Below are positions 28,701-37,286 of a stretch of 64,000 bases of DNA, piece by piece. Each line of letters starts with the position of its first letter. Position 1 is the first letter of the stretch. Position numbers and translations under genes: made by a program. The notes beneath the pieces are model-generated. The model was not told where the DNA came from and made no database searches. It saw only the letters and a list, made by a program, of their open reading frames with translations. Origin of the DNA: Patescibacteria group bacterium (GTDB taxonomy: Bacteria; Patescibacteriota; Patescibacteriia; Patescibacteriales; UBA12465); the NCBI GenBank assembly GCA_028687275.1, contig JAQUAK010000001.1:100213-164212 (forward strand), given 5' to 3'.

Positions 28701-29075
28701 ATGAAAATAAGGATAAAGGTTAAAACTAGCGGTAGCGCCTTAATGTTAACTCTTTTTATTTTGAGTGCGGTTATGTTGATTGTAATTGGTGGCGCGACGA
28801 CGATTGCGGCTGGTTTAAGAATGGGGACTATCCAGGCTCAATCTACACGTGCTTATTTTGCGGCTGAGGCGGGCGCAGAAAAATTGTTGTATGAAGTCAG
28901 GCAGGGTGGTAATTTTACCGATTTATCTCATCCTGGTGAGCAGAATATTTTTGGCACCACCACCCTCTCAATTGGCGCTGGCTATATTGTTAATTATGAC
29001 TCCTTTCCACCTTTTGTCTTTACTAGTATTGGTCACTATCGAGGTACACAGAGAAGTGTAGAATTAGATTTTTAA
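28701..29075 (+). CDS. PilX-like minor pilin / pilus-associated protein
   Basis: I chose the start at ATG 28701 (MKIRIKVKTSGSALMLTLFILSAVMLIVIGG), which gives a hydrophobic N-terminal helix. The longer ORF-track start would overlap the previous gene. Confidence 0.55.
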   Translation: MKIRIKVKTSGSALMLTLFILSAVMLIVIGGATTIAAGLRMGTIQAQSTRAYFAAEAGAEKLLYEVRQGGNFTDLSHPGEQNIFGTTTLSIGAGYIVNYDSFPPFVFTSIGHYRGTQRSVELDF

Positions 29076-29099
29076 CATATTTTTAAATCTTATAGAAAC

Positions 29100-29122
29100 G
29101 CCTCTTCTAAGAGGCTTTTTTT
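29100..29122 (+). terminator. rho-independent terminator ending the pilus cluster
   Basis: gcctc-ttctaa-gaggc followed by T7. Confidence 0.65.
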
Positions 29123-29301
29123 ATTGCTGATAATTGATAAAATTTATCACTTTTAAGACTTTCCTTGATTTAAAAAAAATGATATAATTCTATTATAAAA
29201 TCAGATGTTTGAATTCAAGGATTTACCTTTTTTTCTTAATAAAAATTACAGTTAATTTTAACTGTAATTAGACATTGATTATAAGCATCTTGCTTGTGCA
29301 G

Positions 29302-32300
29302 ATGAAATTAAAAGCAACAAAAAAAAGTATTTTGAAGCTTCCTTTAGAGTTGCTATTTTTTGTTATCTTGTTTGCTTTTATTTTTATCGCTTATACTCCA
29401 GCTCAAGCTATTATTAATGATTATAATAAAATTACCGGTAGTCGTTTGGAGGCAGGCGAATGGAATATGCTAATACAGGATTTTGTCACTAAAAATAATG
29501 GTGGTGATGTTATGATTGGTAATTATGGTATTAATACCGCCACCTCCTCAGCTTTTGCTTTAGATATTAATGGAAGTTTAAGAGCTAGTAATATAACGGG
29601 TGCTTATACTGGCACCATCAGTGCTGATAATGTTTCAGCCGGTGACTTTGGCTCTGAAACTATGGGTGGTGATTATACTTTTTCTGGGAAGGTGGGGATT
29701 GGAACGACAGCACCTTCAACGAAATTACATATTACTGGGGACACAAATACTATTGGCCAAATAGAAACAACTGTAAATGGTGGGACCGCTGTTTTAAGAT
29801 TAGATGCAAATCCTAATTATTGGGATATTAAGAATTATGGAGCGTCTGCTTCTTTAGGATTTATAAGAGGAACGACGGAGCATATGACTATTTTAAGTTC
29901 CGGCAACGTCGGTATTGGGACGACTAATCCTGGACAGAAATTGGATGTGAATGGTCAATCTATTTTTAGGGGGCAAATGAGAATTGGCGATTCTTCTGAT
30001 GGAATGGCTTATTCATATTCTACAGGGAAAGCTACCATAGTAGGAATTGATAATGGATTAAGTGGATATAATGATTTGGACATTCGTTCTCAGGGAGCAA
30101 CACAGCTATATTTATCAACGAACGGCAACGTTGGGATTGGGACGACTAATCCAAGCGAAAAGCTAAGCGTTATAGGCAATATTGATTTTCCAAAAGCTAC
30201 CAGTGGTTCAAAAATAAGTTTTGAGGGCTCCTATAATCAGCAGATGTATTTAGATTATGATTATAATAATGTTTCTGGGTTTGATGTCTTTGCTATTAGG
30301 TCAAATGGTGGAACAAATAGACTGCATATAAGTAATAACGGTACTACTAGTTTGGTTCCAAGTGGTGGCAACGTCGGTATTGGCACTACCACCCCGGCTT
30401 CTACCCTAGATGTTAATGGTTTAATTAAAATGCGTAGCGCAACTATTACTCAGGGTGAGGATGTAATTAACAAAGATTATTTAGATGCTTCTTTGGCTAG
30501 CACCACTGCTGGAATTATTTATGAGATGGCAACTAGTAGTATTTGGCAGGGAAGTCTAACTGGTAATGTCTATAATGCTAATACTGGCAATGTTGGTATT
30601 GGAACGACGAATCCACAGCAAACTCTTCATATTTCTGGCTCTGCTAGTGGTAGTTATATCGCTGGAAGAATTGAGAATACTGCAGCAAGCGGTGCAGCAG
30701 ATTTTGATTTTAAAAATGGTGCGCAAATGTGGAAAATGGGGGTTAATACATTAAATCAATTCCGTGTACGTGATGATACAAATGCTGCAAATGTTATGTT
30801 GATAGAAAGTGGCGCCGGGGCAAATGCATTTTTTATAAAATCTGGAGGCAATATAGGGATTGGGACGACGAATCCGTCAGCAAAATTAGATATTCAAGGC
30901 ACAACTGGTGGCACGGCAGCCTGGTTTAGAGGAGGAAATTCGGCTTTTAATATTCAAACAAAGGATAATTTAATTGAGTTGGTTAGTTTTAATGGTTCTA
31001 CTTATTCTCCTATTAATATTAGAGCTGCTGGCTCAGGTTTAACTATTGATACTTCCGGTAATATTGGCATTGGCACAACCAACCCAACCACTAAATTATT
31101 TGTTAATGGTGGCACTGGTGATGCAGTTAATGTTGGAGGAGGAAGAATTCGTGGTTTAAATACTACTCCAGTTAATGCTGATGAAGCCGTACCTTTAACT
31201 TATCTACAAAGTAATTATGCCCCTATTGGTTCTGGAGCTGGCTCTGCCTTTGTTCAAGGTGGTAATTCTTTTGGATCTATTGCTAACTTAGGTACTAATG
31301 ACAATTATCCTTTAAATATTGAAACTAATAATGCTATTAGAATGACAGTATTGGGTAATGGTAATGTGGGGATTGGGACTACTAACATATATACTAATGT
31401 AGTTGGACTACAAGTAAATGGAGTAAAAAGTAATCAGAATAAAGGCATTATTGGTGTGATGGACTCCACTTCTTTTGCGACAGGAGTCGGTGGACGAATA
31501 ATATTTGGCGGTAAGTATAATGCTTCTGGCGCAGAAATAGTGTTTGGTGGAATTGAAGGTTCTAAAGAAAATGCGACTGATGGTAATTATGCTGGAGCTC
31601 TTGTTTTAAGCACTGTTCCTAATTCGGGAAATGTCACTGAAAGAATGAGAATAACTAGCACTGGCAACGTCGGTATCGGCACCACTAACCCCACCACTAA
31701 ATTATATGTTAATGGTGGCACTGGTGATGCAGTTAATGTTGGAGGAGGTAGAATTCGTGGTTTAAATACAACTCCAGTTAATGCTGATGAAGCTGTACCT
31801 CTAACTTATCTACAGAGTAATTATGCTCCTATTGGTTCTGGAGCTGGATCTGCCTTTGTTCAAGGTGGTAATTCTTTTGGATCTATTGCTAACTTAGGTA
31901 CAAATGATAATTATCCTTTAAATATTAAAACAAACAACGCTACTCAGATGACAGTTTTGGGTAATGGTAATGTCGGGATTGGCACCACTGGGCCTACAGC
32001 TAAATTACATCTCGGAAGTGTTTCTCAAGATAGTTATGTTTTAAGAGCGGACTCTTCTCAGGGGCTTAGTTTATTTAGTATATATCAATCTGGTTCAACT
32101 GGTAGGGCGGTATTTAATTTAGCCAATGCGGGAACAACTACTATTAAGTTAGATACAAATGGTGATTCTTATTTTAATTCAGGCAACGTCGGTATCGGGA
32201 CGACGGCACCAGTTAGTGCATTAAATATTGTTGGAACAACTGATATTAGTTGGATTGATGGAACTAGTTATGGATTAGTTACAGTTGGCTCTCGAGGTGT

Positions 32301-35300
32301 AGGTGGAAGTTCGTTTTTTCTAAATACTCCTTCTGTTGCTTCTGCTGCTTCTGGTTTAGGATTAAAAGGGACATATGCCGCTGCTATCTCTACAATCAAT
32401 ATAAATGCATATGGTGTAAAGTATGCTGGATATGGTTCAAATTTGGCATTTTCTACTTCAAATGGTACCACTTTATCTGAGGCAATGAGAATAGATAAAA
32501 ACGGCAATGTCGGTATAGGCACCACCAACCCAACCACTAAATTATTTGTTAACGGTGGCACTGGTGATGCAGTTAATGTTGGAGGAGGAAGAATTCGTGG
32601 TTTAAATACTACTCCAGTTAATGCTGATGAAGCCGTACCTCTAACCTATCTACAAAGTAATTATGCTCCTATTGGTTCTGGAGCTGGATCTGCTTTTGTT
32701 CAAGGTGGTAATTCTTTTGGATCTATTGCTAATTTAGGCACCAACGACAATTATCCTTTAAATATTAAAACAAACAATGCTACTCAGATGACAGTTTTGG
32801 GTAATGGTAATGTTGGGATTGGAACGACTGCCCCAACAGCCGAATTACAAGTCAAGGGTACCGGGGGGACAATAAGTTTTGATGCAAGTTATAGTGCAAA
32901 TGGAGAAATTCCTGCAGGTTCCGCATTTTGGAATGTAGGTGGAAATTTTACAATGTTAGGAGACCCAACAGGAGTAGCTGGAAATAAATTAACTCTGGCT
33001 TATTATACAAATGGCAATGGCTGGAGATCGGCCTTGGATATTGCTAATACTGCAGAAGGAGCATATGGTAATTTATTATTAATGAAGTCTGGTGGTAATG
33101 TAGGGATTGGAACGACTAATCCAAGCGAAAAATTAACGGTAAGCAATGGAAATATAAAAATTGGGTCTCACGCAACAATAGGCAATGCTATTCTCGCTCC
33201 GTATCCATTAGGAGGATTAATAATAAAACCGGAATTTAATATTAATGATACAACTTCGGCTGTTTTGCAGATTCAAAAAAATGATAATAGTCCTTTGGTT
33301 ACATTCCAGGAAGATGGCAACGTCGGTATTGGCACAACGGCACCGGGAGCGAAGTTAGAATTAGCACAATCTGGTGACACGGAACAAAGCGGATTAAGAT
33401 TTACAAGAGTTGGGGCGACGAGAGCAAGTATCGCCTTAAGTGCAGCTTCTGGAAATTTGGAAATTGCAAGAGGAGGAACGTCAATAATATCAGTGGGCAC
33501 GAGTAACGTCGGCATCGGTACTACTAACCCAACTACTAAATTATATGTTAATGGTGGCACTGGTGATGCAGTTAATGTTGGAGGAGGAAGAATTCGTGGT
33601 TTAAATACTACTCCAGTTAATGCTGATGAAGCCGTACCTCTAACCTATCTACAAAGTAATTATGCTCCTATTGGTTCTGGAGCTGGATCTGCTTTTGTTC
33701 AAGGTGGTAATTCTTTTGGATCTATTGCTAATTTAGGCACCAACGACAATTATCCTTTAAATATTGAAACTAATAATGCCATTAGAATGACAGTATTGGG
33801 TAATGGTAATGTGGGGATTGGAACGACGAATCCAGAGGTAGATTTGGACATTCATAGAACTGGTCAGGGCTCAGCTTTTATTAGATTGTGGGACACAAGA
33901 AGCACCACTGGAGATACAGTGGGAATAAAAATGAGTACAGGCATTTCTACTCCAGATAAAACTGCTATTTTTCACAAAGAAACAGGCACTTATGGCGCTG
34001 GAGATATTGTTTTCGCTTTAAGTGGAAATACTGTTGACCCAGTTGATTTGATAAATGATGAAAAAATGAGGATTACAAAAGAGGGTAATCTTGGCATCGG
34101 CACTACCAACCCAACCACTAAATTATTTGTTAACGCTGGCACCGGTGATGCAGTTAATGTTGGTGGTGGTAGAATTCGTGGTTTAAATACTACTCCAGTT
34201 AATGCTGATGAAGCCGTACCTCTAACTTATCTACAAAGTAATTACGGTACAAGTGCGAGTGAATTATGGAAAGGAACTATTAATGGAAATATCTGGAATG
34301 GTGACAGCGGTGCGGGAAATGTTGGTATTGGGACGACGAATCCAGGGGATAAGTTGGAAGTTAATGGAGACGTCGGAATCATGAATGCAAGTAAATTAAA
34401 TTTTGGCTCGCAGTTACAAAATCCTCCCTATATTAAGGCTATCTGGAATGACAATAATAATACTGGCTTAGAGTTCCATACTTTTGCTGGCGCTGTTGAT
34501 ATCACTGCTTTAACATTAAGCAAAACAAGTGGTGCAATTACTGCCGCCGCAGAACTAAGGGTAAATGGAACAGGTAACTCTTCAATAGCAGGCAACGTCG
34601 GTATTGGCACTACCAATCCAGGCACCTATAGATTAAATGTGAATGGTAATACTAACATTAGTGGTGATTTAAACGTGACTGGGACAACAACTTCTTCAAG
34701 TTTTGTTGGTCCAATTGTGGGTACGATTTCGGCTGAGAATGTGTCCTCGGGTGACTTTGGGGCTGAGACTATGGGCGGTGATTATAGTTTTCCAGGGAAG
34801 CTGGGCATTGGGACCACTAACCCAAATGAAAATTTACAAATACATTCAAATTCTGGCTCAAAATCTCTAATTAGACTCACAAATGATTCTGAGTTAACTG
34901 GATTTGTGGCCGGCATTGATAATAGCGAAAGCGGATATTTTGGAACAGAGGGCCCGAGACAATTAAAAATAATAGCAAATAACGCAGAGGTTATTAGAGT
35001 TTCAACTTCAGGTAGCGTTGGGATTGGGACGATTAATCCTTTAGAAAAATTGGATTTAAGGGACGGTAATTTATATATCTCCGATTCAGATTTAGCAACT
35101 AATGGCGCCGGTGGATCCATAAAATTTGGTAGGCCGGAAGGCTATGCTTCCAATTGGCTGGCATCAATAGGTTCCTACGCTACTACAGGTTATGATCGTT
35201 TAGGTTTAACTTTTAATACTTCTTATGGAGTTACTCAAGAGAGAATGCGGATTACGCCAGAGGGCAATGTCGGCATCGGCACCACCAACCCAGGATCATA

Positions 35301-35745
35301 TCGCTTAAAGGTAGCTGGCGATGTGGCTATTACTGGAACCCTACAAACTCAAACTGGTTCTGACTTTGCTGAAGAATTTAGTGTTTCTGAAGATATATTA
35401 CCTGGCACGGTTGTAGTTATGTCAAATAAAGGGTATAAATCTGTACAGGCATCTAGTCGAGCCTATGATCAGACTGTGGTGGGTATTGTTTCTGATAATC
35501 CTTCAATTATTGCTGGTCGTGTTGATAGTGCTAAGAAAGTTGTGGTTGCTATGGTTGGAGTTGTGTCTGTTAATGTTAATAATAGTAATGGTAGTATTAA
35601 GCGGGGTGATCTTTTAACTACTTCTGCTGATTTAGGCATAGCCATGAAGTCAAAGGAATTTAAACCAGGTACAGTTATTGGTAAGGCGCTAGAAGATTTA
35701 AGGGGCAAATCTGGTCAAATTAAAGTACTGGTTAATTTGCAATAA
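29302..35745 (+). CDS. giant secreted repeat protein 1 (tail-fibre/adhesin-like, ~2147 aa)
   Basis: Uninterrupted ORF with signal peptide MKLKATKKSILKLPLELLFFVILFAFIFIAYTPAQA. It has dozens of GN[VI]GIGTTxPxxKL modules, five copies of the 162-bp cassette and a distinct C-terminal domain (GSDFAEEF..GDLLTTS..GKALEDL). Confidence 0.9.
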   Translation: MKLKATKKSILKLPLELLFFVILFAFIFIAYTPAQAIINDYNKITGSRLEAGEWNMLIQDFVTKNNGGDVMIGNYGINTATSSAFALDINGSLRASNITGAYTGTISADNVSAGDFGSETMGGDYTFSGKVGIGTTAPSTKLHITGDTNTIGQIETTVNGGTAVLRLDANPNYWDIKNYGASASLGFIRGTTEHMTILSSGNVGIGTTNPGQKLDVNGQSIFRGQMRIGDSSDGMAYSYSTGKATIVGIDNGLSGYNDLDIRSQGATQLYLSTNGNVGIGTTNPSEKLSVIGNIDFPKATSGSKISFEGSYNQQMYLDYDYNNVSGFDVFAIRSNGGTNRLHISNNGTTSLVPSGGNVGIGTTTPASTLDVNGLIKMRSATITQGEDVINKDYLDASLASTTAGIIYEMATSSIWQGSLTGNVYNANTGNVGIGTTNPQQTLHISGSASGSYIAGRIENTAASGAADFDFKNGAQMWKMGVNTLNQFRVRDDTNAANVMLIESGAGANAFFIKSGGNIGIGTTNPSAKLDIQGTTGGTAAWFRGGNSAFNIQTKDNLIELVSFNGSTYSPINIRAAGSGLTIDTSGNIGIGTTNPTTKLFVNGGTGDAVNVGGGRIRGLNTTPVNADEAVPLTYLQSNYAPIGSGAGSAFVQGGNSFGSIANLGTNDNYPLNIETNNAIRMTVLGNGNVGIGTTNIYTNVVGLQVNGVKSNQNKGIIGVMDSTSFATGVGGRIIFGGKYNASGAEIVFGGIEGSKENATDGNYAGALVLSTVPNSGNVTERMRITSTGNVGIGTTNPTTKLYVNGGTGDAVNVGGGRIRGLNTTPVNADEAVPLTYLQSNYAPIGSGAGSAFVQGGNSFGSIANLGTNDNYPLNIKTNNATQMTVLGNGNVGIGTTGPTAKLHLGSVSQDSYVLRADSSQGLSLFSIYQSGSTGRAVFNLANAGTTTIKLDTNGDSYFNSGNVGIGTTAPVSALNIVGTTDISWIDGTSYGLVTVGSRGVGGSSFFLNTPSVASAASGLGLKGTYAAAISTININAYGVKYAGYGSNLAFSTSNGTTLSEAMRIDKNGNVGIGTTNPTTKLFVNGGTGDAVNVGGGRIRGLNTTPVNADEAVPLTYLQSNYAPIGSGAGSAFVQGGNSFGSIANLGTNDNYPLNIKTNNATQMTVLGNGNVGIGTTAPTAELQVKGTGGTISFDASYSANGEIPAGSAFWNVGGNFTMLGDPTGVAGNKLTLAYYTNGNGWRSALDIANTAEGAYGNLLLMKSGGNVGIGTTNPSEKLTVSNGNIKIGSHATIGNAILAPYPLGGLIIKPEFNINDTTSAVLQIQKNDNSPLVTFQEDGNVGIGTTAPGAKLELAQSGDTEQSGLRFTRVGATRASIALSAASGNLEIARGGTSIISVGTSNVGIGTTNPTTKLYVNGGTGDAVNVGGGRIRGLNTTPVNADEAVPLTYLQSNYAPIGSGAGSAFVQGGNSFGSIANLGTNDNYPLNIETNNAIRMTVLGNGNVGIGTTNPEVDLDIHRTGQGSAFIRLWDTRSTTGDTVGIKMSTGISTPDKTAIFHKETGTYGAGDIVFALSGNTVDPVDLINDEKMRITKEGNLGIGTTNPTTKLFVNAGTGDAVNVGGGRIRGLNTTPVNADEAVPLTYLQSNYGTSASELWKGTINGNIWNGDSGAGNVGIGTTNPGDKLEVNGDVGIMNASKLNFGSQLQNPPYIKAIWNDNNNTGLEFHTFAGAVDITALTLSKTSGAITAAAELRVNGTGNSSIAGNVGIGTTNPGTYRLNVNGNTNISGDLNVTGTTTSSSFVGPIVGTISAENVSSGDFGAETMGGDYSFPGKLGIGTTNPNENLQIHSNSGSKSLIRLTNDSELTGFVAGIDNSESGYFGTEGPRQLKIIANNAEVIRVSTSGSVGIGTINPLEKLDLRDGNLYISDSDLATNGAGGSIKFGRPEGYASNWLASIGSYATTGYDRLGLTFNTSYGVTQERMRITPEGNVGIGTTNPGSYRLKVAGDVAITGTLQTQTGSDFAEEFSVSEDILPGTVVVMSNKGYKSVQASSRAYDQTVVGIVSDNPSIIAGRVDSAKKVVVAMVGVVSVNVNNSNGSIKRGDLLTTSADLGIAMKSKEFKPGTVIGKALEDLRGKSGQIKVLVNLQ
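31057..31218 (+). repeat. 162-bp cassette copy 1 (FVNGG variant)
   Basis: Encodes GNIGIGTTNPTTKLFVNGGTGDAVNVGGGRIRGLNTTPVNADEAVPLTYLQSNY. Followed by extension A, NIETNNAIR subtype. Confidence 0.95.
31663..31824 (+). repeat. 162-bp cassette copy 2 (YVNGG)
   Basis: In-frame near-identical copy. Followed by extension A, NIKTNNATQ subtype. Confidence 0.95.
32503..32664 (+). repeat. 162-bp cassette copy 3 (FVNGG)
   Basis: In-frame near-identical copy. Followed by extension A, NIKTNNATQ subtype. Confidence 0.95.
33502..33663 (+). repeat. 162-bp cassette copy 4 (YVNGG)
   Basis: In-frame near-identical copy. Followed by extension A, NIETNNAIR subtype. Confidence 0.95.
34084..34245 (+). repeat. 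162-bp cassette copy 5 (FVNAG)
   Basis: In-frame copy. Followed by extension B (YGTSASELWKGTINGNIWNGDSGAGNVGIG). Confidence 0.95.
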
Positions 35746-35757
35746 TTAATGTTATTT

Positions 35758-36036
35758 ACAATAAATATTTAAAGTATCATCCTCAAAACTCGCAAGAGGT
35801 ATTAACAGCCAGCGGGTTCTCATTATTTTAAACCGCTAATACCGGTTATGAGCAAATGAGCTGGTTATATTAGTCAGACGGGCGCTAAACCACTTTCGCA
35901 GTCGCGTTGACCACTGTTTATCACATTGCTGTGAACTAAAAGTCAAACACCATCACATGAAGACTCATTGTCAATAAAATTGTCTTTGGTTATATAATAC
36001 AAAGATCTTGAGGGTGATACTTTAAATATTTATTGT
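35758..36036 (+). ncRNA. candidate RT-associated structured ncRNA closed by a 29-bp stem
   Basis: Left arm 35758-35786 (acaataaatatttaaagtatcatcctcaa) is complementary to right arm 36008-36036, with 28 Watson-Crick pairs and one U-G pair. Internal hairpins lie at 35798-35843 and 35983-36005. No ORF is present. The unit starts 12 nt after the giant gene 1 stop and ends 14 nt before the RT ATG. Confidence 0.55.
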
Positions 36037-36050
36037 GTGCTTAAGAGCGG

Positions 36051-37286
36051 ATGACGCTCTTTTATATGTTCAAAAAGATTATTTCCAAAAAGAATTTAGA
36101 GGCGGCCTATTTAAAAATAGCGCAAGATATGGAACTCGATGGACGTTCCTATCGTTATCGTGGTTGGGATAATTGGAAATTGTCAGATTTAGAATTAAGG
36201 TCATCTGAAGTATTAGCAGAAATTCAACTTGAATTAAAAGAGTTTAAAGCCTTGGTGCCAGCTATATTGTTAAAGATTCCCAAGAAGAGTAATCCGCAGA
36301 AAGTTAGAGAAATTTACATTTATAACCTAAGAGAAAGAATTAAGGCGCAAGCAATATATCAAATCATTGAACCGATATTCGATCAATATTTTTCACCTTA
36401 CTTGTACTCATATCGTTCTTCTCATGCCAGCTATTTTGCCGCACGTAGCGTGGCACGTCATTACAAGAAATATCATCAACGTGATTATGTTTTAATTGGC
36501 GATTTATCTGATTACTCTAATTATATTGAGCATGAAAAGTTAAGAGAGAAAATTAGAATTTTAAATTTAGATAAAGAGGTAGAGAAATTATTATTCTTAT
36601 TTATAGGCAACGAAGTTGTACGCGATGGTGCTATTACTAAGCCAAAAGTGGGTTTAGTGCAGGGAGTCCCCTTAATTGCCTTGTTTAATAATTTGTATTT
36701 AGATGACTTTGATAAGTATGTTGGTCCGAAAACTGATTTCTATCGTCGTGTTGGTGATGATTTAATTATGTTTGCTTCTGACAAGGAACGCTTACTACCC
36801 TTACAACAGCATCTAATCGAAGAAGCTGATAATCTGGGCTTAAAAATTAATCAAGAAAAAAGCGCTTTACATCAACCAGATGAGGCTTTTGATTTTCTGG
36901 GCTACCATTTTTTTAAGGGTTTAATCTCTTTGCCGGATAATTATCAAAAAGCCTTAAAACTGAAATGGCGACAACAATTTTCATATTATTATAGACGTCA
37001 TGAAGATAGCAAAAAAAAGTATTTACAAAGAGTTATTCATCGTGATCGTCAGAACCTCAGAGAACAATTTGATCAATTGGCAGAACAAAAGAAGTTTGTT
37101 AATGATGAGAAGCAATTAAGGGATTTATCGGAAAGTTTTTTTCGTATTCTAACACGCTATTTTTTTAAAGATTATACGCCTAGAAATAGGCGTTTATTAC
37201 CAGCTAAGTTAAGGAAGATGGGGCTTACTTCTGTTTACAAACATTTTGTGAATACTCGTTATGACGCTTTCAAAGGAAAAAATTAA
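36051..37286 (+). CDS. reverse transcriptase (orphan; group-II-intron-like motifs; VGDD catalytic box)
   Basis: RT motifs 1-7 are present: IPKKSNPQKVREIYIYNLRERIKAQAIY, YSYRSSHASYFAA, VLIGDLSDYSNYIEH, GLVQGVPLIALFNNLYLDDFD, YRRVGDDLIMFA, GLKINQEKS and FDFLGYHF. A helical thumb-like C-terminus follows. There is no endonuclease domain. Confidence 0.9.
   Translation: MTLFYMFKKIISKKNLEAAYLKIAQDMELDGRSYRYRGWDNWKLSDLELRSSEVLAEIQLELKEFKALVPAILLKIPKKSNPQKVREIYIYNLRERIKAQAIYQIIEPIFDQYFSPYLYSYRSSHASYFAARSVARHYKKYHQRDYVLIGDLSDYSNYIEHEKLREKIRILNLDKEVEKLLFLFIGNEVVRDGAITKPKVGLVQGVPLIALFNNLYLDDFDKYVGPKTDFYRRVGDDLIMFASDKERLLPLQQHLIEEADNLGLKINQEKSALHQPDEAFDFLGYHFFKGLISLPDNYQKALKLKWRQQFSYYYRRHEDSKKKYLQRVIHRDRQNLREQFDQLAEQKKFVNDEKQLRDLSESFFRILTRYFFKDYTPRNRRLLPAKLRKMGLTSVYKHFVNTRYDAFKGKN

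Noticed and set aside
29275-29301. Upstream TTG/GTG or early-ATG extensions in the ORF track (29275, 48019, 51919, 63026, 28551, 23570, 41447, 22214, 9118)
   Set aside because: In each case an internal ATG gives a proper signal peptide, TM anchor or prepilin leader. It also avoids overlap with an upstream gene or terminator; for example, the GC hairpin at 48021-48057 lies inside the 48019 extension.
30566-35708. Antisense and alternate-frame ORFs inside the giant genes (for example 32268..32561-, 33273..33560-, 34782..35120-, 43892..44116-, 45895..46125+, 52742..52939-, 59277..59540+)
   Set aside because: They lie fully within much longer ORFs with clear protein repeat structure. Their translations are low-complexity mirror images (P/V/L-rich) of the GNVGIGTT repeats.
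35968-35996. Internal promoter TTGTCA-17-TATATA for the RT
   Set aside because: It is plausible by spacing but an imperfect match in an AT-rich region where such matches arise by chance. It also overlaps a predicted hairpin. I mention it under the ncRNA finding rather than calling it as a feature.
35746-36050. Template repeat (TR) of a diversity-generating retroelement matching a VR at the 3' end of giant gene 1 or the other giant genes
   Set aside because: I found no alignable stretch by eye between this spacer and any giant-gene 3' end. The spacer is not AAY-rich. The RT lacks the DGR [LIV]GxxxSQ motif, and there is no Avd-like ORF. I keep this as something to test computationally, not as a call.
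35758-37286. Classical retron (msr-msd-RT)
   Set aside because: The inverted-repeat-flanked ncRNA upstream of the RT fits a retron. However, the RT has FLGY at motif 7 instead of the retron VTG signature, I could not identify a long msd hairpin, and I could not assign a branching G context. I therefore left it as 'retron-like layout, unclassified RT'.
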